Source: an uncultured Gammaproteobacteria bacterium
GTDB taxonomy: Bacteria; Patescibacteriota; Microgenomatia; Levybacterales; GWA1-39-11
Reading direction: 5' to 3'
NCBI GenBank assembly: GCA_964596415.1
Contig: CAZQSX010000001.1
Coordinates: forward strand, 37,508-101,507
Length of the DNA: 64,000 nt
The notes below the pieces were generated by a model. It worked only from the letters and a program-made list of their open reading frames with translations. It was not told the DNA's origin and made no database searches. Below are positions 1 through 7,907 of this stretch, piece after piece. Position numbers and translations under genes: made by a program. Each line of letters starts with the position of its first letter. Within the stretch, counting starts at the first letter, position 1.

Positions 1-14
1 GAAACGCAGTGAGG

Positions 15-98
15 CGGAGAGTACAGGATTCGAACCTGTGAGGGATTGCTCCCACTAGTTTTCAAGACTAGCGCCATAAACCGCTCGGCCAACTCTCC
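15..98 (-). tRNA. tRNA-Ser (anticodon TGA), CCA not encoded
   Basis: The reverse complement GGAGAGTTGGCCGAGCGG...CTAGT-CTTGAAA-ACTAG...GGTTCGAATCC...CTCTCCG folds as a cloverleaf with a long variable arm and a G discriminator. Confidence 0.95.
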
Positions 99-213
99 AA
101 ACATTATGCCTCGCAGTTTGCCTTTTTGCAAAGATAAAACCGCTCGGCCAACTCTCCAAACATTATGCCTCGCAGTTTGCCTTCTTGCAAAGATAAAACC
201 GCTCGGCCAACTC
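78..213. repeat. 59-bp tandem repeat (about 2.3 copies) containing the 5' end of tRNA-Ser(TGA)
   Basis: ccgctcggccaactc starts at 81, 140 and 199; the two full copies differ at one base (125 vs 184). Confidence 0.95.
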
Positions 214-227
214 ATTATAGTTTTCTG

Positions 228-318
228 CGGAGGGTACAGGATTTGAACCTGCGCGAGCTTGTTTAAGAGCTCAGGGGATTAGCAATCCCCCGCAATGGAC
301 CAACTATGCGAACCCTCC
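228..318 (-). tRNA. tRNA-Ser (anticodon GCT), CCA not encoded
   Basis: The reverse complement reads GGAGGGTTCGCATAGTTGG...GGGGA-TTGCTAA-TCCCC, long variable arm GAGCT/AGCTC, GGTTCAAATCC, ACCCTCCG. Confidence 0.95.
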
Positions 319-508
319 TCACTTTTTATATTAGTTCGCACAAGCTTTGCTTATGCGAACCCTCCAGACTATAGCCATTCATTATAGCAGAGCAGGCACG
401 CAAATTGAAGCAGGTGGCAAGTCACAAATGACTAAATGTTTCTTTTAGAAAAATATGTACGAATGCATGCGTAGGTTGTATTAGTGGGATTTTTATATAT
501 AATACGCT

Positions 509-937
509 ATGGGAAAAATTATTGAATTACAAAGTTATAGAAGGAGAATATCGCGTGAACAGATTCCTGTTCCGTCTAGGGAAGAGCTGATTATTAATAG
601 ATTTAAAGAAGCTGAAATCCAATACGTAGGTTTTGTAAATGTTCTATTTTATAGTGGGAAGAAAGCTTCTAGAATGAGAAGAGTTTTGAATCGTTTAGGT
701 CGTAAATTAGATGAGCAGAATGAACAAACCGTACGTACTCTTTTTGATTCGCGTTTCCCCTTTCATGATGGGTTAGCAATGAGAGCGCAGGCTACGCTTT
801 TTGCTTCACATCATCACGCTGAGCAATTATCAAATAAAAACCTTCCATTTGGAGTTCGGGTATTTATACAAGAAAGAAATGATACGCTTAATAATAGAAT
901 TAGAGAATATAGAGAACAATACTCATCTGAGGCGTAA
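509..937 (+). CDS. hypothetical protein (charged, helical)
   Basis: 142-aa ORF with TATAAT at 498-503 just upstream; no recognisable motif. Confidence 0.6.
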   Translation: MGKIIELQSYRRRISREQIPVPSREELIINRFKEAEIQYVGFVNVLFYSGKKASRMRRVLNRLGRKLDEQNEQTVRTLFDSRFPFHDGLAMRAQATLFASHHHAEQLSNKNLPFGVRVFIQERNDTLNNRIREYREQYSSEA

Positions 938-1000
938 CGTGATAAAAGTTTTTTTAGGCAATATTTGTAGTTTTTGATTTTCATAAGTATAATACAAGGC

Positions 1001-1372
1001 ATGAATGCAGAACGTAAAGAAATACTACTGCCAGTAAGTGTTGAATTTAAGGCAAGTCCAGAAATTCAGTCTGTTAGGCGTGCGCTTGCTGCCAAACAGG
1101 AAATACTTGAAAGGACACGAGAAAGGAAAGGCAGATCTAATCCCTCAATTTTAAGCGTAGAACAGGCCAATAATAGAAGAGATAAGGAAATAGAAAAACT
1201 GGAGAGATCTATTGCTGGAGCAGTAAGAATTATTGAGTTTGCAGATTCCATGTGGAAGTTAGGTGGCTCAGGGCAGCTGGAACATCTTGGGTTTTTCCCA
1301 TCTGAGGCAGCTGTTGAAACTGCAAAAAATCAAGTAGCTGAAAAAAGAAGACAGAAACGCAAAGAAATTTAG
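1001..1372 (+). CDS. hypothetical protein (coiled-coil-like, basic C-terminus)
   Basis: ORF 974..1372; ATG 1001 is preferred because TTGTAG-17-TATAAT (988-993) lies 7 nt upstream. Confidence 0.6.
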   Translation: MNAERKEILLPVSVEFKASPEIQSVRRALAAKQEILERTRERKGRSNPSILSVEQANNRRDKEIEKLERSIAGAVRIIEFADSMWKLGGSGQLEHLGFFPSEAAVETAKNQVAEKRRQKRKEI

Positions 1373-1438
1373 CTTACATCTTCACGACCATAATAATAAT
1401 CTGCATCCCGCTCTGAGAAAGTTAAGAAGGAATTTCTT

Positions 1439-2188
1439 CTAAGCTTTATTTGAGATTACAATTATTTGAGACTCACCAGTGATGGAGGTGAGCGTATTAT
1501 CTATTCTAGTAACAATACCTACAAAAAAGTATTTGATATATCTAATAGTTTTTCCTGCGAATGGATTAAGGAATAAAAAATTTCTTAGCATGCTTTCTTT
1601 TTTATAAATCTTTTTTATTTTAAATCCACTTTTTCTTAATTTATTCTGCAGTTCCTCAGCAGTATAGCGCCTCAAATGTCCAACTTCTATATCAAACTTT
1701 TTTGCATAGCCCAATTTGTATAATGGCGCATTTTTTGACGGAGTGGAAAGAAAAAGTATTCCACCTGGTTTTAATAGTTTATAAATCTTTTGAAGCGCTA
1801 ATTCATCGTCTGGGAGATGTTCGATAACTTCACTAAAAAATATTAAGTCATATTTTCCCGACGGAATTTTATTTGGAAAATCACAAACTTCAAAGTTTGC
1901 ATTTTTTAGTCCAATGATTTCTACAGATTTTTTAGAAGCATCAATTGCTTTTTTTGAAATATCTATTCCTTTAACTTTGTATCCTTTAGATGCAAGGTAG
2001 AGAGATATGGTTCCGCTTCCACAACCTATGTCTAGAATGGATTTTATATTTTTTGAAAGACAAGAGTTTAATATGGGAATGATATTTATATAAGTGAAAT
2101 TATTTGCACTAATTACTTTTTTTTGAGCAGATGATTTACTATGGTATTTTTCGTATAAACTATTTAACAACATTTTATTTATTGACAT
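1439..2188 (-). CDS. class I SAM-dependent methyltransferase
   Basis: ILDIGCGSG, GIDIS, EVIEHL and LKPGG motifs; GHLRRYT. Confidence 0.9.
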   Translation of the reverse strand: MSINKMLLNSLYEKYHSKSSAQKKVISANNFTYINIIPILNSCLSKNIKSILDIGCGSGTISLYLASKGYKVKGIDISKKAIDASKKSVEIIGLKNANFEVCDFPNKIPSGKYDLIFFSEVIEHLPDDELALQKIYKLLKPGGILFLSTPSKNAPLYKLGYAKKFDIEVGHLRRYTAEELQNKLRKSGFKIKKIYKKESMLRNFLFLNPFAGKTIRYIKYFFVGIVTRIDNTLTSITGESQIIVISNKA

Positions 2189-2221
2189 TGTATTACCATA
2201 GTGAGTTAATGTAAATATCGT

Positions 2222-4375
2222 ATGAAAATCATACTAAGATTATCTTCGATATTTTTTCTTTTATTACTTCTTTCTTTTTTCCCTGTTTCTGCGCATGCTG
2301 ATGATTTAACCAAATCATGGAACGTAACCACTAGTCTCCCCTACAGTCTAGCAAGCCACGTTGCATTTGGAAACGGGAAGAAAGCATTCGTATTAGACGG
2401 TTCTGCTCAAACTGGTAATAGTCATAATCAAATAATCTCAGCCATATCAGGAGTGAGCGGTGGGTTAAGTAACTGGAGTGTTGAAGCAAGTTTTCCTACT
2501 GCTCTGATATTTCATGCTATTGCTAGAAAAGATAATAATATTTACATTCTTGGAGGCAGAGAGGAAAATCCTGGGTCTGCAATGGATCATGTTAGTAAAG
2601 TTTTTGTAGCAAACATGAATTCGTTGGGTTCTTGGGGGCAGACATTTCCGTTGCCTAGCAATCGGTCATTGGGTGCTGCCGCAATTTCAGGTGATTACAT
2701 TTACTTTTCTGGGGGATTTAATACTACTGGTTATACCAATAAAGTATATGCTTCACATATTAAACCTGACGGTATGCTTGATCCCTGGTTTGAAGTGAGT
2801 GCTTTGCCGCTAACAAGAATTGGACATGGCATGATTGAAGACAATGGAAGTCTGTATGTGTTAGGAGGAGATAATGCGAATCAAGTATATAGAGCAACTG
2901 TTAACACAAGTAATGGGACTATTTCTTCATGGTCTCAAATATCTACATTGCCAGAGAAACTATATAGATCAGCTGTTATAAAAATAGGAAACCAGATATA
3001 TATGATCGGGGGTCATAATGGGACCTCTACGATTAATAAGATTTACTTCACAACTATAAACTCTGATGGTTCGCTTGGGTCTTGGCAGCTTTCAGCGAAT
3101 ACACTTCCTTTACCTGTTCAAGGGGGAGCGGTTGCACAAGCTGGAAAATATCTTTATCTTACTGGAGGATTTAGGTCCCCACCAGGCACATATCTTAACA
3201 GTGTTTATAAAACAGAGTTAAATATTTCAATAGAGCCTGATTTAAATGTTCCGCTTTTTAAACAAACGGATCCTGCATGGGGATCACAAGTATACGATTC
3301 AGCAAATATATGGCAACCAAATAATCCCGGGATTGATGCATCGGGATGCGCCCTTACTTCTGCTGCGATGGTATTTAATTATCATAAGATAACAAAATTA
3401 CCCGATGGATCAAGCCTTGATCCAAAATCTCTGAACATCTGGCTAAAAAACAACAACGGATATGTCGGGGGTGCTGTAAGTTGGGTAAGGTTATCGGCTC
3501 TGAGTGAGTTCGCTAAGTCTCAAAATTCTGCATTTACGTTTGATAGTCTGAAGTATTTCAGAGTAAATGAATTTAATGGAGAACAACTATTAAATGATTT
3601 AGAGCAAGGTATTCCTGGAATTCTTGAGGTTCCAGGGCATTTTATTGTGGGTAAGGGAGTTCAGAATGGAAAATTTTTAATTAATGATCCGTTTTATAAT
3701 AGAACTTCTCTTTCAGATTATGGGGACACGTTTCTTAGCTTAGGAAGATTTGTCCCAACAAATAGTGATGTATCTTATATTGAACTTGCTGTAGATGAAG
3801 GAGCAATTCTTTCAGTCAAAAATCAAAACGGAGAAGTTGTAGGAGAAGGATTTTTGCAAGAACCATATTCTGTTGATGGGCATCCTAGTTCTAATGTTGC
3901 GCGTTATTTTTACCTCGTTCCTGTGCCAGACAATGAAGAGCATACAATTATCGTTTCAGCTGGGGAAACAAAAGAATATACGCTTATTATTCGACTTCAA
4001 GGTGAAGATGGGGAGTTTACAGAAAAAACTGTAAAAGGCATAGTTGATTCAGGTTCCCACGATATTTTTTCTTTTAATTTCAGTAAGTCCGGTAATAATA
4101 AATCAGACATCCAACAAGAACTTTCTTTTGATTCTATTATTTCGGATCTGGAGTTATTGTATAACCTGGGTGAAATTTCAAATATTGGTATCTACATTAC
4201 ATTAAGGCAAAATATTTCAGTTTCACAACAGCTTTTATCCGTAAGTAAAGCAGCATCTACAGCGCATTTAAAAAACGTATTAAGCATACTAAAATCACAA
4301 AGAAAGAAATTTGTTTCAGAAACAGCTTATAAAATTTTATATCCGCAAGTTCAGCAACTCTTATCCACGATCTGA
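2222..4375 (+). CDS. secreted Kelch-repeat beta-propeller protein with a peptidase C39-like domain
   Basis: Signal peptide (..VSAHA|D); repeated Y-x-x-GG...W Kelch units; PLFKQTDPAW...GCALTSAAM...GHFIV...INDP gives the C39-like Q/C/H/D residues. Confidence 0.8.
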   Translation: MKIILRLSSIFFLLLLLSFFPVSAHADDLTKSWNVTTSLPYSLASHVAFGNGKKAFVLDGSAQTGNSHNQIISAISGVSGGLSNWSVEASFPTALIFHAIARKDNNIYILGGREENPGSAMDHVSKVFVANMNSLGSWGQTFPLPSNRSLGAAAISGDYIYFSGGFNTTGYTNKVYASHIKPDGMLDPWFEVSALPLTRIGHGMIEDNGSLYVLGGDNANQVYRATVNTSNGTISSWSQISTLPEKLYRSAVIKIGNQIYMIGGHNGTSTINKIYFTTINSDGSLGSWQLSANTLPLPVQGGAVAQAGKYLYLTGGFRSPPGTYLNSVYKTELNISIEPDLNVPLFKQTDPAWGSQVYDSANIWQPNNPGIDASGCALTSAAMVFNYHKITKLPDGSSLDPKSLNIWLKNNNGYVGGAVSWVRLSALSEFAKSQNSAFTFDSLKYFRVNEFNGEQLLNDLEQGIPGILEVPGHFIVGKGVQNGKFLINDPFYNRTSLSDYGDTFLSLGRFVPTNSDVSYIELAVDEGAILSVKNQNGEVVGEGFLQEPYSVDGHPSSNVARYFYLVPVPDNEEHTIIVSAGETKEYTLIIRLQGEDGEFTEKTVKGIVDSGSHDIFSFNFSKSGNNKSDIQQELSFDSIISDLELLYNLGEISNIGIYITLRQNISVSQQLLSVSKAASTAHLKNVLSILKSQRKKFVSETAYKILYPQVQQLLSTI

Positions 4376-4464
4376 ATGTAAAGCACAAGTTATTAATTTT
4401 ATTAAGTTAAAAATCCATAATCCTATTCTTGATCTATTGCTTCCTTCTCCTGCATAATAAGTAT

Positions 4465-5292
4465 ATGTACGGGAAGTTTGTTATCAAAAAAAACGGTGAG
4501 CTAGAGCCATACAGTGAAGAAAAAGTAATTTCCTCCATGAATCGCGTTGGCGTTCCAAGCATTCTTCAGCCAGAAGTACTAGCTCACATACGGGATCGAT
4601 TTACGGGTGAATACATGGAAACAGATGAGTTGTTCAGGCACGTATTTGAGTTTTTAGAACCAAGAGATAAAAAATCAACGCTGAGGCTTAATTTGCGCCG
4701 GGCAATTTTTGAACTAGGTCCAACCGGGTTTCCGTTTGAAAAATATGTTGCAAGAATTTTTCAGTCCCAAGGATATAAGACTTTGGTTGGTTCATATTTA
4801 AATGGAGAGTGTGTTCGGCATGAAATAGATGTATTAATAGAAAAGGATGGGAAAAAAAGTAATGTGGAGGTGAAATTTCATAATGACGGAGGAATAAAAA
4901 CTGATATTCAGGTAGTTTTATATACATATGCTAGGTTTTTAGACATTTCAAAACAGAATGGCATATCTGAATGTTGGGTTATAACTAATACAAAACTTAC
5001 AACTGAGGCAATTACCTATGCAAAATGCAAAGGAATACACGTACTTGCTTGGAATTATCCAGGGGAAAATAATTTGCAAGATTTTGTGGAAAAACCAAAT
5101 ATGTACCCAATTACAACTATTACTGAGTTAACCCGTCAAGAAAAGCAGAGGCTTATTGAGGATAATATGATTCTAGCATCTGATCTTTTAAAAATTACCC
5201 CTGATGAAGTAAAAACATTTCCTCTTGTTAAGCGTCATAGATTAGTAAAGGCTATAAAATCCGCAGAAATTTTGTGTAATGGCGGGGTATAA
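4465..5292 (+). CDS. ATP-cone domain plus Mrr-like restriction endonuclease domain protein
   Basis: N-terminal VIKKNGELEPYSEEKV (ATP cone); GPTGFPFEKYV, HEIDV and VEVKFHN PD-(D/E)xK motifs; ATG 4465 lies 6 nt after CATAAT. Confidence 0.8.
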   Translation: MYGKFVIKKNGELEPYSEEKVISSMNRVGVPSILQPEVLAHIRDRFTGEYMETDELFRHVFEFLEPRDKKSTLRLNLRRAIFELGPTGFPFEKYVARIFQSQGYKTLVGSYLNGECVRHEIDVLIEKDGKKSNVEVKFHNDGGIKTDIQVVLYTYARFLDISKQNGISECWVITNTKLTTEAITYAKCKGIHVLAWNYPGENNLQDFVEKPNMYPITTITELTRQEKQRLIEDNMILASDLLKITPDEVKTFPLVKRHRLVKAIKSAEILCNGGV

Positions 5293-5310
5293 TTTTTACT
5301 CTACTTTTTA

Positions 5311-5339
5311 TTGACAAGTGAAGTTTTTGACGGTAGTAT
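5311..5339 (+). promoter_or_regulatory. sigma70 promoter of sodN (leaderless)
   Basis: TTGACA-17-TAGTAT, 6 nt before ATG 5346. Confidence 0.7.
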
Positions 5340-5345
5340 AAGACA

Positions 5346-5813
5346 ATGAAGCTTACATTTCTTTTTAAAATTTTACCAGCACAATATGCACATGCTCATT
5401 GTGATATTCCATGCGGAATTTATGATCCAAACCAAGCGCAGCTTGCAGCTCATACCGTCTATCGTATGGTGCAGTTATTGGAGGAGCACCAGGAAAATGT
5501 TCATGATGTTGCTCGCATAACACATGTGAAAGAAGAACACGGAGAATTAGTTGAAGATGCACTCGGAACACTTGAAAATGATTATTTTAAGAAAGAAAAT
5601 TTTGAGAAATTTCCTGAGCTTAGGGATTTAATTTCTGATGCGGTACAGCTTTCAATAAAAACACGTCAAAAAGTTGATCTGCAACTTGCTGGAGAATTAG
5701 TTGAAAAAGTAATGCTTATTTCAGAAATCTTTTATAAGTCAAAAGGGGTTACTCCTGTTCGCATGAAATCTGTCTACCCTACAGAATTAGAATTTGTTAC
5801 TTATGCCGCATGA
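5346..5813 (+). CDS. sodN: nickel superoxide dismutase precursor
   Basis: A 17-aa leader ending AHA is followed by the Ni-hook HCDIPCGIYDP. Confidence 0.93.
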   Translation: MKLTFLFKILPAQYAHAHCDIPCGIYDPNQAQLAAHTVYRMVQLLEEHQENVHDVARITHVKEEHGELVEDALGTLENDYFKKENFEKFPELRDLISDAVQLSIKTRQKVDLQLAGELVEKVMLISEIFYKSKGVTPVRMKSVYPTELEFVTYAA

Positions 5814-6073
5814 TTGTTAGACGTTTTAAAATTACTGGTCACAGTATGCAACCTACTTTTAGCCCTGGAGATCAAGTAATATCTTGGAAATTCTCAAAGA
5901 TAAAAAAAGGTGACGTTGTGGTTGTTCAATATCTTTCAAAACATATAATAAAGCGTGTTATACAAATATCAAAAGATTTCATTATTTTAACAGGAGATAA
6001 TAAAAAAGATAGTTTAAAAATTCCCCCAATCCCAAAACGTGATATTATTGGAAAGGTGATTCTAAAAATATAA
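5810..6073 (+). CDS. sodX: NiSOD maturation protease (S26 family)
   Basis: GHSMQPT, IIKRV and GDN motifs; ATGA overlap with sodN. Confidence 0.85.
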   Translation: MIVRRFKITGHSMQPTFSPGDQVISWKFSKIKKGDVVVVQYLSKHIIKRVIQISKDFIILTGDNKKDSLKIPPIPKRDIIGKVILKI

Positions 6074-6075
6074 TT

Positions 6076-6591
6076 ATGCTTTTATATATTGCTGCGGCAA
6101 TTCTTATTATTTTATTACTTCTCCTTCTTTCCGCTGTCTGGCCACCTGATAGTCCATGGAGCCCTTGGTGGAAAACGTATAAAGAAGCAGGAATGGGCAT
6201 AATTACACTTGCAAACATTGATAAAAAAGATACGGTATATGAGTTAGGTTCAGGAGATGGCGAATTTCTTATTTTACTTGGAAAAAAAATAGGAGCAAAA
6301 AGTGTTGGCATAGAGATTGATCCATTACGGCATTATGTTGCAAAGCTTCGAGTAAAACTCGCTGGGCTTGAGAAGCATATTACCCTGAAAAAAAAATCAT
6401 TTCATGATGAAGACATTTCTCAAGCAACAGTTGTATATGTCTATTTAATTCCAAGAGTTTTAAAAAAAATTTTACCCAAACTTAAAAAAGAATTAAAAAA
6501 AGGAACAAGAGTTATATCATATAGATATCAAATGGATTTACCTCTTGTGAAAGAAGACAAAAAGCACAGATTATATCTTTACAAAGTCTAG
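6076..6591 (+). CDS. membrane-anchored SAM-dependent methyltransferase
   Basis: N-terminal TM; YELGSGDG, GIEIDP, VYVYL, LKKGTRVIS. Confidence 0.85.
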   Translation: MLLYIAAAILIILLLLLLSAVWPPDSPWSPWWKTYKEAGMGIITLANIDKKDTVYELGSGDGEFLILLGKKIGAKSVGIEIDPLRHYVAKLRVKLAGLEKHITLKKKSFHDEDISQATVVYVYLIPRVLKKILPKLKKELKKGTRVISYRYQMDLPLVKEDKKHRLYLYKV

Positions 6592-6631
6592 CTTGCTAAA
6601 GCGTGATATACTTAAAAGTGGCAGCGTATAT

Positions 6632-6889
6632 ATGACTGAGTGCCAGAGCTGTGGGATGCCTCTATCCCTTGGCAATTATGGAACAAATGCAAGCGGTACC
6701 TATAATGATGAGTACTGCAGTATCTGTTTTCAGAAAGGACAATTTACTGATCCTGATTTAACTCTTCCTATTATGACTCAGATTATTGTTAACAGACTTG
6801 TTGGAGAAGGAATGAATGAAGATGAAGCCCGTATAAAAACTCAAACGATTGTTCCAACCCTCAAACGTTGGAGAAACGTTACGATTTAA
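6632..6889 (+). CDS. zinc-ribbon domain protein
   Basis: CQSCGMPL...YCSICFQKGQFT...PTLKRW. Confidence 0.85.
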   Translation: MTECQSCGMPLSLGNYGTNASGTYNDEYCSICFQKGQFTDPDLTLPIMTQIIVNRLVGEGMNEDEARIKTQTIVPTLKRWRNVTI

Positions 6890-7905
6890 ATACGTTTTTT
6901 TAAATTTAAAAATGCCCAACGGGCGGTATCTGCTACTTTTACAACTTCATACAGTTTTGTCATTACTACTAAATCATAGCTTCCCATAAATTCTGTAAGT
7001 GTTGCTCCGTATCCTTGTTTAAACTTGTGAAATCCATACCAAGGGTCTTGAGGGTTTGGGTTCTCAGAAAGTGCTCCCCACATGTCAAACTTTTTAAGAC
7101 CTATCTTTTTTCCCATTTTTATTGCTTCCCACATAATGAGATTGCTTGCCATTACATCTCTGTGTTCCCGTGAACTAGCACCGTATGGATAATATAATGT
7201 GTCCTTGAAAGAGAAAAGAACCCAAGAGGTCAGGATTTTTTTATCGTAAAATGCATGGAGTAGATGGTAGGAAAGATGATTCGTGTTTTGCGTTTGGTCT
7301 GTTGAGCAAAGAGTTTCCCAAAGCTTTTTGTGATATCTGGGAGTATGGGCATAGAATTTTTGACGTGTTGTTGTCTGCTCATACAGTTTTAAAAACTCCT
7401 TAAATCCTTTTTCTGAATTATCTTGCACTACTAAGACTTTGTGTTTTTGCGCGACTCTTATGTTATAGCGTGTTTTTGAGTGCATGTTTTTTAATAACTC
7501 ATCTTCTGAAGAGGTGAGATTAAGAATGAAAGAATACTTTGTGAATAACGGGTGAAAAGATTTTCGAATATCAAAATCTTTAATTTTTAATTCATTATTT
7601 TGAGTTACTTCATCCGGTTCAAGTTGGACATACACGCATTTGTGTTTTTTTGCTTGTTTCCGAACATCTTCTAGCATTTCTTTAGTAGGAAAATCAGATT
7701 TTGGAATATAGCCTATATAATAAGGAAGCTTTGGGACTTTATGGATAGTCATAGAGTAAGCGAACTTGAAATCATCACGTGCGCGTCTTACAACTTGGAT
7801 TCCTGTTGCGAGCCTAAATTCTCCCCACTCAAAAGATTGCAGCGGATGAGTTACAGCTTGATTAAATTTTTCTCGATCTTTTTCTGATACGTCAATAAAA
7901 TCCAT
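6886..7905 (-). CDS. FemAB/FemX family peptidoglycan aminoacyltransferase
   Basis: HPLQSFEWG, KTRYNIR, YPYGAS, FDMWG and GFHKFKQGYG motifs. Confidence 0.9.
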   Translation of the reverse strand: MDFIDVSEKDREKFNQAVTHPLQSFEWGEFRLATGIQVVRRARDDFKFAYSMTIHKVPKLPYYIGYIPKSDFPTKEMLEDVRKQAKKHKCVYVQLEPDEVTQNNELKIKDFDIRKSFHPLFTKYSFILNLTSSEDELLKNMHSKTRYNIRVAQKHKVLVVQDNSEKGFKEFLKLYEQTTTRQKFYAHTPRYHKKLWETLCSTDQTQNTNHLSYHLLHAFYDKKILTSWVLFSFKDTLYYPYGASSREHRDVMASNLIMWEAIKMGKKIGLKKFDMWGALSENPNPQDPWYGFHKFKQGYGATLTEFMGSYDLVVMTKLYEVVKVADTARWAFLNLKKRI

Positions 7906-7907
7906 TA

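Noticed and set aside
78-213. CRISPR array
   Set aside because: The 'spacers' are near-identical, the repeat is a tRNA fragment, and no cas genes are present.
46-246. 66-aa ORF
   Set aside because: It is antisense to tRNA genes and its internal repetition comes from the 59-bp repeat.
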